A DNA stretch of 64,000 bases from Octopus vulgaris (lineage: Eukaryota), in assembly GCA_951406725.2 (NCBI GenBank), contig OX597828.1, forward strand, positions 65,596,001 through 65,660,000, written 5' to 3'. Of this stretch, positions 13,912-27,369 are shown piece by piece. Each line of letters begins with the position of its first letter. The stretch's first letter is position 1. The translations under genes were made by a program, and so were the position numbers. The notes under the pieces were generated by a model that searched no databases, was not told the DNA's origin, and worked only from the letters and a program-made list of their open reading frames with translations.

Positions 13912-14813
13912 AGAATGTGAGGGGTTTAGTTCACAGGTGATCTGAACGAATAGGTACACTATGTAAGTGCTATAATTGGTCATCTGTTAGGTTCCAAGTT
14001 CACACCTGAGACTGGAGCTAAGGATCTGTAGTAGGCTTCCATGTTAGCGGATATGAATTAGAGGAAAAAGGACAACAAACCCGAGTAAGGACGAGTATCT
14101 CAGGTCATTTAGAATATTTAATTAGAGTAAGATGAATTAGAAGTAATTAATATCTTACAGTTGTTTCTGGGGCATCCCAGCTGATGGGTCAGCATCTCCA
14201 TACATTAGGTATTCTGTCATCAAAGACAAGGTATGTAAGAAAGTTCCAGACAGAGAATTCACCGTGTATAAAAGAATAAAACAGTGGATAGAAGAATAAA
14301 GACAGAATAAGTTCACAGCTCATTTTATTCCTGGGTGTATGGAGATTGGTCCGTACTTTCGTGAGTACGGACCAACCTCCATACAAATAATTTCGACTTC
14401 GTTCTTGCACCTTTCCCTTGTAGGTGTGGGACGATGTAATGACATCAGAAGCAACACACAGTGCAGGGGGCCTCATCGGGTGACGCAACGTGCTTCAAAA
14501 GTTATAATATTTCCTTTTCGTTTTCGCTTCAAGATTATAAGCTGGTGGTGATTTTCTAGCAGCTCGGACACATTTTGGTGAAGTGAGGAAGTTGTGGTCA
14601 GGAAGTGGTTGATAAAAAAGTAAAGAAAATGAAAAAATAAGGAACCTAAGGTAAATAACCTAAGGTTTATTCTTCTATCCACTGTTTTATTCTTTTATAC
14701 ACTGTGAATTCTCTGTCTGGAACTTTCTTACATACCTTGGCTTTGATGACAGAATACCTAATGTATGGAGATGCTGGCCCATCAGCTAGGATGCCCAGAA
14801 ACAACTGTAAGCT
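13912..14813. mobile_element. Non-coding fold-back element: ~147-bp inverted repeat, hammerhead-like motif in each arm, central hairpin
   Basis: 14154-14300 is the reverse complement of 14666-14811; 22-bp hairpin at 14336-14385; left end (minus strand) homologous to 40430-40535. Confidence 0.8.
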
Positions 14814-15674
14814 TCTAGTTATATATATTTACATACAGGGTGCTCTAGAGAAGCGGCTGCACGCTGTGGAAACTCCAGAGTAATAAGCTACTGGACCGGT
14901 CTTAATAAAACATACACACAACCATACATAGACATATGTATATAGTGATATGAGAGGTATAGTAATTAAAAGACTAATATTCTCATAAGTATAACAAAGT
15001 TATTTTTGCTCGTACCAATTAACGGAAAATTCATGAAAAAACATGAAAATTTCAGGTTTACTGAAGTAATATAATGACGCATAAACATTGATAAAACAAA
15101 GGGACACTAGAAAATTATAATCAAGCTACTTATTGAAATGCATACACGTAAAATACATCGTTTTATTATTTTTTTCCGTAGCAGTCTCACGTGCATTGAT
15201 ATACACTTACGATATCTTCGTCAAAATCACGCAAAGAGACCGTTGTTGCACCAGTAGAAAAGCAAGGAGAGAAGACAGTATGTCTGTGTGTCAGGCTACA
15301 GTGTGTCTTCAAGCAAGTAGCCAAATGACTTTTTCATTGAACGCTGTCGAGGATGTCTTTGTATGTTACAGCAACACAGTCTCAGATGCAGGATCAATAC
15401 ACCATGTAGGTCTCGCTTAAGCTTTTGTAAAGATTTAGTAAATGTCGGAAGCTGAAATATTACTGGTTCTAATGAGAAGATCTAGTTTTATTTAGATGCG
15501 GTTCTTGTTATGTTAAGGATGTGTATTTGTGTGCATTTGGGTGTGTGAGAAACAGCGAAAGACAGTGAGAATGGGTCTAGGTTGGTGTATATTCAGTTTA
15601 TGATGTATATACATTCAGGTTTACACTATTATACACTTACGTTTGTGCATTATATATTATCCTTGTAACTATAC

Positions 15675-15734
<60 letters not shown>

Positions 15735-15955
15735 AGGTGGAGAATCCTTATCAACTCGGCAGAATCCTTATCAACTCGGCAGAATCCTTATCAACTCGGA
15801 CAAAATGCTTAGCGGGATTTCGTCCATCTTTACGCTCCGAGCTAAAATTCCGCCGAGGAATTTTGGAGTCAATAAAATAAGTACTAATCGAGCACTGGAG
15901 TCGATGTAATCGACTTAGCCCCCGACGTTGCTGGCCTTGTGCCAAATTTGAAACT
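15735..15955 (+). mobile_element. SINE copy with a triplicated 20-bp unit in its head
   Basis: AGAATCCTTATCAACTCGG(C) three times at 15741-15799, then SINE body; flanked by (ATT)n. Confidence 0.8.
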
Positions 15956-15958
15956 ATG

Positions 15959-16009
<51 letters not shown>

Positions 16010-16016
16010 GTTGTTG

Positions 16017-16081
<65 letters not shown>

Positions 16082-16084
16082 TGC

Positions 16085-16485
16085 CCCGCCGTCCGCTTTC
16101 AACTGTACAAGCAAGGTAGTTTTCCTGGACAAAACTGAAAGGCATGAAGACAGATACATTCCTCTTTAATAGAGCTCGCATTGACTTCTTCAAGTTTCAC
16201 TTGAAAACGAAATTGAGGGTGGAGAGGGAACTCGCTCTTGGTGTTCAGGGAAATCTCGGACAGTGGGGTTCATCGATTATCCCTAGAGGTCATCCTGTAT
16301 CAGAAGGGCTACATCTCTATCCTCCTCCTCACTTTTTTTAAACCTTTGTATACTATGTATACGTCCCTTACATTATACTTACATTTTTTTTATATAATTA
16401 TTTTATCATTTCAATACATGTAAGCCACATGTCTGTCCTTGTATTTTCCCCATCATCCTTCGTCCTGCTGGCAAATAAATGAAAC
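16085..16485 (+). pseudogene. LINE ORF2 C-terminus and 3' UTR (Tx1/L1-like, tentative)
   Basis: WTKLKGMKTDTFLFNRARIDFFKFHLKTKLRVERE, then AATAAA and an (ATT)n tail. Confidence 0.45.
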
Positions 16486-16955
<470 letters not shown>

Positions 16956-16959
16956 CAAT

Positions 16960-17250
16960 AGTCTTAGTTTTATTGCGTGCTTTCACTGAATTTTCAAATG
17001 CCTCTCTGTGTACCTCAGGTGTGTGCTGTGGTTTGTTTTGGGGTTGTCTTTTGTTGTATTGAAAGTATTCTACATCGGATGTGCGCGGTGCCTGGCAGAG
17101 CTAGTTTCTTTAAGTTGTAAGATATTCATAAATGCTGGGATTTGGGTTATATCTGCGTGTATTGGCATTTCTCAGAGTATCGCTGCTTTGCCATTTCCTG
17201 ATGCCTTTTCTGAGGTATATTTATATCAACCTTTTTCTGCTGGCATTCCA
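16960..17250 (-). pseudogene. R4/Dong-like 3' fragment
   Basis: Similar to 10365-10567 (shared ...gtattgaaagt.ttct.c.t.ggatgtg.gc...); its 3' end runs into the (TAA)n tract. Confidence 0.6.
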
Positions 17251-17700
17251 TAGTGTTCACACAACATCCCGTGTATGTAATTCCCTACTTTTTACTTGTT
17301 AGTTATTTGTTGGTGAATGTCAAATCCGTCATCACAAATCTCTCTTGTTCATTAATCTCGCTTTTTGATAGCAAATCTTTCTTATTCACCAAATGCTATT
17401 GTATCTGTCCAGTATTCAATAAATATATGAAGATATCCAATCTATAAGACTTAGTTCTTACACGTTGAAATTTTTTTACATATTTATTGAAGCTGCTTAT
17501 GTATATGTTTTTTATTTGTATTGCTTGTATCTTCCTGGTGGCGTAAACGTTGACTGAATCGATATTTTTGTAATTCAATTTGGGACCGGAAGTGGATATC
17601 GCATATTTACCTATTTCCTGTCATATTGCTTCATGCTACACACGTAGTTTTTGAAATTCTCTTTTTACATTCGCACTCTATTTAATGTTTCACTCATTTT

Positions 17701-18125
17701 GGATCTTTTCGGTTTGAACGGCAGTTTTTTGTAGCGGTGTCATATGAAATTGTCACCCTTAATTATGACCCTAGTATCGATCTATTGCATTTCAACCTGT
17801 TTTAGGGTTAGGGTTAGTTAGGGTTAGGGGTGGGGGGAAGGGTATCTTTTTTTCTTCACAAATGTAAATAAACCCAATCTGTTTCTTAAACGAGGAACAT
17901 ATTCATACGGCACAGAATGTTTTTTACCTCAATAGAAGTCATTGATTGGTTGAAATTGCAGAAATTGAAGAAAAAAACAACAAATATCTTGCAAACTATA
18001 GATTTTCTCAATAAAGCCAAGAGAAAAAGAGGTTTTATAAATACATTCTACCAGTATACGAAGTTCAAAAGTGTTTAATTACCTAGAAATTATGTTAAAA
18101 ACTGCAGTTCAAACCGAAAAGATCC
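17701..18125. mobile_element. MITE / non-autonomous DNA transposon, Merlin-like by GG termini and 8-bp TSD
   Basis: TIRs GGATCTTTTCGGTTTGAACGGCAGTTTT / AAAACTGCAGTTCAAACCGAAAAGATCC; TSD CTCATTTT at 17693-17700 and 18126-18133; internal TTAGGG repeats. Confidence 0.85.
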
Positions 18126-18231
18126 CTCATTTTAAGAGGAGGTTTTGTATGGTGCCATAGTCGCTTGATTCAATTAACGTCTCTGTACTTGAGTGGCCTT
18201 GTGATAGTTTCTATATATTTTTGAGTACTTA

Positions 18232-18465
18232 GAAGACGGCGATCTGGCAGAAACGTTAGCACGCCGGGCGAAATGCGTAGCCGTATTTCGTCTGCCGATT
18301 CGTTCTGAGTTCAAATTCCGCCGAGGTCGACTTTGCCTTTCATCCTTTCGGGGTCGATAAATTAAGTACAAGTTACGCAATGGGGTCGATGTAATCGACT
18401 TAATCCATCTGTCTGTCCTTGTTTGTCCAATCTGTGTTTATCCCCTTGTGGGTAGTAAAGAAATA
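18232..18465 (+). mobile_element. SINE (dominant family) with 19-bp TSD
   Basis: Full consensus match; ATATATTTTTGAGTACTTA at 18213-18231 and 18466-18484. Confidence 0.92.
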
Positions 18466-18883
18466 ATATATTTTTGAGTACTTAAGTTTCCTAATTTCCC
18501 TCGCCATTAATGACTATTATAGCCCATAGTAGCACTGCAGTTGTGTTATATTGAGGTCAGTGCCATAAATATAACACAGTAATTATAATACTGATTTATT
18601 AAACGTATATATGTATTACTATAAAGGCTACTTTTATTATCAGTAATATTACTATTATCATTAGAGTAGAAATCTTCACCTTATTGGCACGAGAAAAGTA
18701 CATTTGGTACAGCGAATTTTTTACCCAACATATGGACTCGGTAAACTGTCATAGTTTCGTGTTATTTTTAGACGTACATATAATTACTATATAGTTACTA
18801 TTGGGTGTGCCAAAGAAAAACTCCCGTTCTTGTTGTTCGATGCATAACAGTGTCTACATGAAGCTAATATTTTACCGTTTCTT

Positions 18884-19292
18884 GGCGGCGAGCCGACAGA
18901 ATCGTTAGCATACTGGGCAAAATGCTTAGCAGGATTTTGTCTGTCTGTACGTTCTGAGTTCAAATTCAGCCAAGGTCGACTTTGCCTTTCATCTTTTCGG
19001 GGTTGATAAAATAAGTACCAGTTGAGCACTGGAGTCGATGTAATCTACGATCCCCGCCTCCCAAAATTTCAGGCTTTGTGCCTACAGTAAAAAGGAATAT
19101 TTTTTCCGTTTCTTGACGCTGCGAGCTTCATATTCTGAGTTCAAATTCCGCCTAGGTCGACTTCGCTTTTCATCCTTTCGTGGGCGATAAAATGAGTTCC
19201 AGTTGAAGACCTGGGTCGATGTAATCGACTTGTCCCCGCCACCACCACCACCACTCGAAATTGCGAGCCTTATGCACAATTCGAAATCAATA
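18884..19292 (+). mobile_element. Two adjacent SINE copies
   Basis: TTCTGAGTTCAAATTC.GCC.AGGTCGACTT core at about 18952 and 19133. Confidence 0.8.
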
Positions 19293-19555
19293 TTTTGCCG
19301 TTTCTTATCTTTTGTTGTTATTTTTTTAGTTACCATCATAGTTTAGATAAGTGCGTACTGTGCGTTTTCTGTTGAAACGTGTCAGCCTCTAAATTGCTGG
19401 AGGATGTTTTTGGCCGCACCCTGTACTAATCTGCCAACCATATATCAGATGTTCGAATAATAATATATATGGTATCTTTTCGTTATATCTATTTCAATGT
19501 CCACTTAATTTTTCTCTAATACGCTAAGCTTTTTCTCTTTCCTATTTTATTACAC

Positions 19556-19922
19556 ACTAGCACTATGACCCGGCAACGCCGGGTCATAGTGCTAGTGCAT
19601 GCATATACAGCTGCATGCGTGCGCACATACACGCGAGTACTGTCCAAATCTCCGACCAATCACATACAGCTAGCTGGCATTCAATTGGAGTATCAAGTTT
19701 CGGGTATTTTGATTGGGTTTTGGATAGAAAATTCTCAAAAAAGTCACTTCTATTGATTTTTTAATGGCTTTGCGGGGTGACTGGGGAAATGTAAAAATGT
19801 GTACGACCACCCTTGGACGGTTTTGAATGACCATAGAAAGTGCGAGCCCTCTAACTGAAAAATTGTGGATTTGTATAAAGGACACATACGCAGACATTTT
19901 GCTGTTTATATATAGAGAGAGA
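19556..19922 (-). mobile_element. Non-autonomous Helitron-like element with palindromic 3' end
   Basis: Minus strand begins TCTCTCTATATATAAA and ends CTAG-T after a GC-rich hairpin (19556-19596); relatives at 52705-52745, 53892-54083 and 58976-59790. Confidence 0.75.
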
Positions 19923-21479
19923 CGATCGAAATTGACGCCGTGGACTCCTTATACGATACACCGCCTTTTTAATATCGCAGATGACAGATTAGTTTATCAT
20001 ATTCAGCACTCATTCACTTTGCCAAATATGCTTTAAATACTAATTGATAGAATCGATTCATTTACAAATCTATCTTTTATCTTTTACTGAATTAATATTC
20101 AGTTTTTATTACACAGAGGACTTTTCTAAATTTGTTAGTGAATTCACTTCTTCGGGGGCGCTAGTATTTCATTATATTGTCGAATGTGCTGTTCTTATAT
20201 AGACATTTCTCCGGCTTTTCTTTTTTGCTGTCTTATTCCAAAATTTGCAACGCTATGCATATCTGTGTATATATGTGTGTCTGCGTACGTGTGTGAGTGT
20301 ACGTGCGTGAATGTGTGTGTGCGCGTGTGTTCGTGTACAATATATATAGTATCTATTTAGTCTATAATTACATCATATGCTTTTTTTATGTTTCTGTAGG
20401 GAGAAGCTGGAATCGATCTGACTACTTTTTAGTTTTGTTAGATTATCAACAGACAAAGATTCTACTTTTCACAGAGAAATTACCAGCTTATGAAACTGTG
20501 TCTGCAGACATGGATATATCGATGTATTTTTTATATATTGTTGCAGTGTAAATTCTTACTATTTTAATTAACAAATTACTATACCCTAAAAACGAAGAAA
20601 TGTTCCTGTTAGATCGTTGAAATATTTGTTCCACCCATCCATCCATCTCCTCCGCCTTCTATTCCAGGGAGGGTCTTAAGGGTAGAGTTCACAGACACCT
20701 CCTCCATGTGGTCTTATCAGAAGCAAACGTCATTAAACTTTCTTGCTGGATTCCCAAGAATAACCAAATGAGGCTACATTTTATCTTTTTATCTATTACT
20801 TGTTTCACTCGTTTGACTGCGGCCATTCTGGAGCATCAACTTGAAGGTTTTAGAAGAACACCGGTTGTCAAGCGGTGGACAAACATAGACACAAACTCAC
20901 ACACACACGCATACACATACATACACACATACACACATACACATACATACACGCTTACACATACAAACACACATACACACATACACACATACATACATAT
21001 ATACATACATACATACATACATACATTTATACATATATATATATGTATATATATATATATAAATATATATATATATATGTCTGTGTGTGTGTTTATGTGT
21101 GTGTGTGTGTTCTCAGATACGACATGAAAACAGCAAACCACTGAACAAGGGACTTATTACAAGATATGGAGTCTACTGTCAACCTTGATATGACATGTGT
21201 GTATGTATGTATGTATGTATGTATGCGTGCGTGTATAATACATGTATAATATATGTATGTCATCATTCAGTTTTATTTCAAGATTTCTTACCAATAGACG
21301 AAGAGCCGGTTTCTAACCAAAATCCAAGGCTCCTTCATTGGAATATCAACAACGTCAACAGGGAATGTAAATGTAAAAAAATACAAACTGGGACAAGAAC
21401 GTGAAACATTTAGAAGACGATACAAAAAACATGGACGGGACATTCGAAGCCTTCAATCTTCAGTCAAGAACCGGATTAT

Positions 21480-21887
21480 AGGGGTACTAGGTCAGTGGGT
21501 AGACCGTTCTTACGTTACAAGGATGTTTGCAAAAGGGACATGAAGGCCTGCAACATCAATATTAGCGGTTGGGAAGCAATTGCCAGCAACCATGGAGATT
21601 GGCGACGTACCGTAAAAGAGGGAGTACAAAGGAGTGACATAGAGAGAGAGGAGAAATGGAAAGACAAGAAAAGACGTCAACAAGAAACTATGACATTACA
21701 ACCAGCCAGGAACAGTCTTCGCTACATTTGCGGTACCTGCCAGAGGGAGTGTTCGTCCAGGATAGGACTACACAGCCACAGCAGGAAATGTATCAGGACA
21801 TGAAATGTAAAAGCCGGACTAGACTATTTTATGCGCAACTCCATTGTCTACCGAGACAAAAAGAATGCTAACAACAACAACAACAAC

Positions 21888-21890
<3 letters not shown>
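21480..21890 (+). pseudogene. RTE-clade LINE 3' end
   Basis: GRPFLRYKDVCKRDMK...WRRTVKEG...CGTCQRECSSRIGLHSHSRKC, short 3' UTR and (AAC)n tail; second copy on minus strand at about 53074-53260. Confidence 0.8.
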
Positions 21891-21930
<40 letters not shown>

Positions 21931-21932
<2 letters not shown>

Positions 21933-22125
21933 TATAATTTAGGGTATCTAAGAGACACCGCCTCGCTGGAAATAGCAGCCAAAACTTCACTCTAAAACCA
22001 CATTGCTTGTATCTCTTAGATACCCTAAATTATAATTTTAATAATAATTATTACCTTTAAAGGTTTTCATTCCCATACTTGCCACTTGATAAGATCGATA
22101 TTTAAATTTAACGATATTGTCCTCA
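21931..22125. repeat. Short element with perfect 25-bp inverted repeat plus tail, embedded in (TA)n
   Basis: ATTATAATTTAGGGTATCTAAGAGA (21931-21955) and its reverse complement (22012-22036). Confidence 0.75.
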
Positions 22126-22139
22126 TATATATATATCTG

Positions 22140-22191
<52 letters not shown>

Positions 22192-22194
<3 letters not shown>

Positions 22195-22500
22195 GATAAA
22201 CTTCTGGAATGTTTTACGAATTTTTACAGTTCCAGTGATGGATTGGATCTGTAGCCTTCGAATCAGCTTTCTCCTTTCTGGTCTTGAGAAGCCTAATTTC
22301 TCAAGATTGGTATTTAGGCAGTGTGTTACATATCTCAGTGCCCCTAAAATTACAGGTATAAACCTGAACTTGTAATCTGGATAGTGTAACTGTAGATTTC
22401 TCAAGAGTTCACCGTAGGTATTTTCTTTTCCACTGATCTTTAGCTCTATGTTAATATCCGATGGGCAGCTAATTTCCTCAACTGTACACAGTTTCTCTGC
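22192..22500 (-). pseudogene. RLE-type non-LTR retrotransposon C-terminal fragment
   Basis: EEISCPSDINI...KENTYGEL...FIPVILGALRYV...SITGTVKI in ORF 22123..22632. Confidence 0.7.
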
Positions 22501-23124
22501 TATGTATGTATGTATGTATGTATGTATGTATGTATGTATGTATGTATGTATGTATGCATGTAAGCACGTGTATGTATGCACGTATGTATATTTATGGAGT
22601 GCATATGTGTATCTGCATGAGTTTGACCACACATAAGCCTATACAACCACGTATAAACATTGAAGCCAATTTAGTCATAGAGTCTAAGCTTTAGAAGTGA
22701 TTTATCGTTGTCAATGTTTCCTATAAGAATATTTTATCCATCACATCTGATATCAATCAGACCAAGATGGCTCCGCCACTGTCTTTCTTTTCCGATTTTC
22801 TATTCAGTAAACTGAGACCACAACATATGTGCAGCCATGTAGTTCTGTATTTAAAATATCAAATGTTATGACAGTGATAACGGCAGCTGCAAACATGCTG
22901 ACAAATCGATAATTGTTGAAAGATATTATTATCGTATGTCTGTTTTCCACGTCGTTGATATTATCATATTTAGTTGTGTTTCTTTTTTGGTTCTTTAAAG
23001 ACAATTTGATTGATCTTGTAGAAAATTTGAAGGAGAATATTTTACTTGAGTTCTTAAGCGAAATACTTAGACACACATATCACAATATATGTGTGTGTGT
23101 GAATGCATATAATTAATACATATA

Positions 23125-23184
<60 letters not shown>

Positions 23185-23449
23185 ATACATGTATATATAA
23201 GTATATATATATATATTAATTATAAACATAAATACATATGTACATACATACATACATGCATACATATATATATATGCATGTATGTATGTGTGTATATATG
23301 TATTTATGTGTATAATTAATATGTATACTTATAAATATATTTGTATACATATAAATATGTGTCTATCATTACTTATCTCATTACATATGTATATAAGCAT
23401 TTATATGTATGTACTCGAGTGTGTATACATACATGTTTATATATGTATG

Positions 23450-23504
<55 letters not shown>

Positions 23505-23523
23505 TTATATATGTATATGTGTA

Positions 23524-23577
<54 letters not shown>

Positions 23578-23930
23578 AACTCAAGGACAGAACTTTTCGG
23601 ATCATGCCCACATATGACTAAATTTCTGTTATGTTTTTGGTCCCCTAAAGAAAACAGATAGAACATGCTTTCTATGTTATGTCTCAAGAAGTTTTTTTAC
23701 CTCATCATACCTTCTATCATATATTTTTTATATATATTTTATGTATATTTTTTATATATTTTTTATATATTTTTTATATATTTTTAATGTATTTTTATAT
23801 AATTTTTTATGGCGAAAAATGCGAGTGAAGATGTGTACGTTTAGATAGCGATGTATAAGTACGCAGGCAAGCAGAGTTATAACACAGTAATTTCCCTTTA
23901 TATAACGGTATTTTTTCATAGCGTTTTCAA

Positions 23931-24006
23931 ATAGCCAGATAACCGAAGAGATGGCGTTGTGGATTTCCACTTCGGCATCTGAAACTCAGAGTTTTATCTT
24001 GACTAT
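23931..24006 (+). ncRNA. Type I hammerhead ribozyme (core U4C variant or mutation)
   Basis: AGATAA-CCGAAGA-GATGGCG..GTGG.ATTT.CCAC..CGGCATC-T-GAAA-CTC-A-GAG-TT-TTATCT; stem I extends to ATAG/CTAT; lies in a ~500-bp element flanked by (TA)n. Confidence 0.72.
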
Positions 24007-24104
24007 CGAGTAATGTAACATTTATTTTATAGATAAATTTCCTCTATTTACATAATATTGAGGTCTCTTTCTTTCTTTTGTTATCTTACCGTTTTACCAA
24101 TATA

Positions 24105-24165
<61 letters not shown>

Positions 24166-24799
24166 TCATTTTTATCCTTATCATATTCAACAGACCCAAT
24201 GCAGCAACCAGTCTACATCCCGTTACAATCAAAACCATTGGAAACTGACAGTTAAGTTCTTGTTGGTGGTGATAAATTAATTAATGTCAGGTTCTTTTCC
24301 TTACCCCTAGTTCACTATGTCCATAAAATCAGCCATGCCTACATAAAAGTATATGTCTCAGAAGACGCTAGTAAGATAATGATATAAAGGCGTGGTGATA
24401 ACCAGAAAGAGAAGTGGCAAGGGTGGCTGAACATATTATGATTATCAACTAAAAGGGGCTTAAAATGGAAAGCAAAGACGGTCGCATTGAGATCTAAGCG
24501 TGGAAATTAGGAAACAGGAGTGGGAGTGCGTGCAAAATTTTGCAAAATTTATCTATTAAAATATAAAAATTTACAAAAGGATTTAACGACCCAATAAGAG
24601 AAAAATGAAACAATCTAAGCCATTAGATTAGGGTACTTTTATATAAAAAAAGAAACTTCATAATGCCTATTTTCTACCATAATGTTAAGGTGGTCATCAT
24701 AAAACTATTCAACAGTGAATCTATAATAAGAATTTTTTTTTTGTTTCAGCGGTGGTGCCCCAGCATGGCCGCGGCCTTCGGGCTAAAACATTTTTAAGG

Positions 24800-25565
24800 A
24801 TTTTTAAGGATTTATATCATTGGAGTAGGAATATTCATAAGCATTTTAACAATGATAATAAATATAGTGAAATTATTAATTATAAACATGTCAGAGTTGG
24901 TTTTAGTTTAACTCGTAATCTGTTTATGATCTTATCATCTATAAACAAAAAAATTAGTTTTTACAGAAACATCTTAACTTACCCACCTCAACCTAAATAG
25001 AATTGTTAACGGCCACAAATAACGTAATGGTGGAAGGGAAATAACCCATATTTTTCTCCCTTCCTAGTAATACTTCGAATAACATACATAAGGATGTAAA
25101 TGAAAATTGCAACTGTAAAGTTAAAATTAATTGTAAATTTAAAAATTTATGTAAGAAAGGTAACTTTGAATCTCAAGGAAAGAAATTTTATTATATCGGA
25201 TCAACAGAAAATAGAATTAAGATTAGAGTTGCTAACCATTTACAGAGACTAAAAATGAATTCTACTGGATTAAGTAAGTTCATATGGGAATTGAAGGATA
25301 ATAACATTGAATTTAATATTAAATGGGAGTTGAAGGATAATAACATTGAATTTAATATCAAATGGGAGTTGAAGGATAATAACATTGAATTTAATATTAA
25401 ATGGGAATTTGTGAGTTTTGTACAATCATATAAAACCCCCAACAAAAGATGTGAGTTGTGTACTGAAGAAGCATCTAGAAAAAATTTACTTAACTTAAAA
25501 CGAGAAAAAATATAACTTGCCTTCATTCAGCAAAATGTTTTTTCTAAGCATAATTAAACTTTATA
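24800..25565 (+). pseudogene. Penelope-like C-terminal/GIY-YIG fragment with 33-bp internal triplication
   Basis: CNCKVKINC, YYIGSTENRIKIRVANH, STGLSKFIWELK, (WELKDNNIEFNIK-type unit) x3 and RCELCTEE. Confidence 0.8.
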
Positions 25566-26385
25566 ATCATAGTAAAGGGTAAAATTAGACTATATAATAC
25601 ACTATTTATAATGTGCATTTAGGAGACATATTACTTATTGATATAACAGACTAGAGTTATTGAAAATGTCTCGTAATTGCATCTATAAACAATAATTAAG
25701 ATAACTACTATTGATTACATCATTTTTGATATATAATATATTCGACTTTACTACCTTAAATTGATAAATAAAATTCTAACAATATCCTAAACAATAATTA
25801 ATAATTATTATTAAATATTTTACTTAGATTAACTTAATCATCATGTATTGATTAAATATTATAACTATTTCTATTAATATAACTGAGATGACATAACGTA
25901 ACAAATTCATATCTACAACTGTCTTTCTACATTTATACCTGACTGAATATTTATAACTCTTATTTTACAATATATATTTTTGGCCAGTTATCTTACGTTA
26001 ATATTAATCTTAAGCTATAATTAACGATATCTATTAATTAAATAATATAGATGAACTAAATTCCCATAAATTGAAAATATCCCGAAATTCTTTCTATAAA
26101 CTACATTTATGATGACATAATGCACAACATTTCGATCTATCCGAAATGTAAACAAACACAGTATATTCATCGTTATGATAAATACCAATGCTTATCATTT
26201 TATGTAAATGTATTTAATAGAAGCATTAGTTAAACCACACTTAAATATAGATATATACTACTGAGTTGAAGATTATAAAGCATATATATGTGTATGATTG
26301 TATACCTTGTGTACATACTTATGTGCGTGTATTTCGTATCTGTGCATTTATGTATATATCTTCCCAACCGCTAACTCTCACGGAA

Positions 26386-26484
<99 letters not shown>

Positions 26485-26487
26485 GTG

Positions 26488-26654
26488 GGGGCAGTCATGG
26501 CTGTGTGGTAAAAAGTTTGCATCCCAACCACATGGTAGTGGGTTCACTCCCAGTGCGTGCCGCCTTGGGCAAGTGTCTTCTACTGAAGCTGCGGGCCGAT
26601 CAAAATCTTGTGAGTGGATTTGGTAGACGGAAACTGAAAGAAGCCCGTCACACA

Positions 26655-26723
<69 letters not shown>

Positions 26724-26915
26724 TTGTGTTTGTCGCCTGACAACCGGTATTGGTGTGTTTACGTCACAGTGACTTAGCGGTTCAGCAAAAGCAACCGATA
26801 GAATAAGCACCAAGTTTAAAAAGAAAATAAGTACTGGAAGTCGTTTATTTCGACCCAAAGTTCCTCACGACGGTGCTCCAGCATGGACGCAATCTAATGA
26901 CTGAAACAAGTAAAA
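26488..26915 (+). mobile_element. tRNA-derived SINE (third family) with internal microsatellite
   Basis: TGGCTGTGTGG A box, GGTTCACTCC B box, TTGGGCAAGTGTCTT core; 5'-truncated relative at 53258-53610. Confidence 0.8.
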
Positions 26916-27302
26916 AAAAATTTACTTCAGTAAGAGGTTTTGTAAGTTTATCTTTATTCAATAGCCTTGTTTCAATACGAGGCCTTCATTTTTAGAATTA
27001 GTCCTACCATTATTATTTCCATACAGCACTAATAATGGCAACATAATATAGTGGCAACAATCATTACCAACACAAAGTATAATAATTACTTTGAGTATGT
27101 GACAGCTGTCTCAGACATACAACATTCTTCAGTGTCATAGAATAAGAAAGAAAATCTATGACAAATTTTTGATAAAGTAATTCTTTTATATATGATGTCG
27201 AAACCAACTTAAAAAGTTTGCCAGCATCTATATCTACTACCTATGTCTCTTCTTCCCTGTTACTTTCTCTGACGATTATTCATATACATATATACATACA
27301 TA

Positions 27303-27369
<67 letters not shown>

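Noticed and set aside
15205-15420. Possible minus-strand exon ending at a GTAAGT donor
   Set aside because: No convincing open frame or partner exon; needs RNA-seq evidence.
15741-15799. CRISPR-like array
   Set aside because: Three adjacent 20-bp units with no spacers, inside a SINE head in eukaryotic DNA.
21434-21475. Minus-strand CTGAAGA...GAA-TGTC hammerhead-like motif
   Set aside because: GAAA incomplete, stem II loop too small and stem I does not pair.
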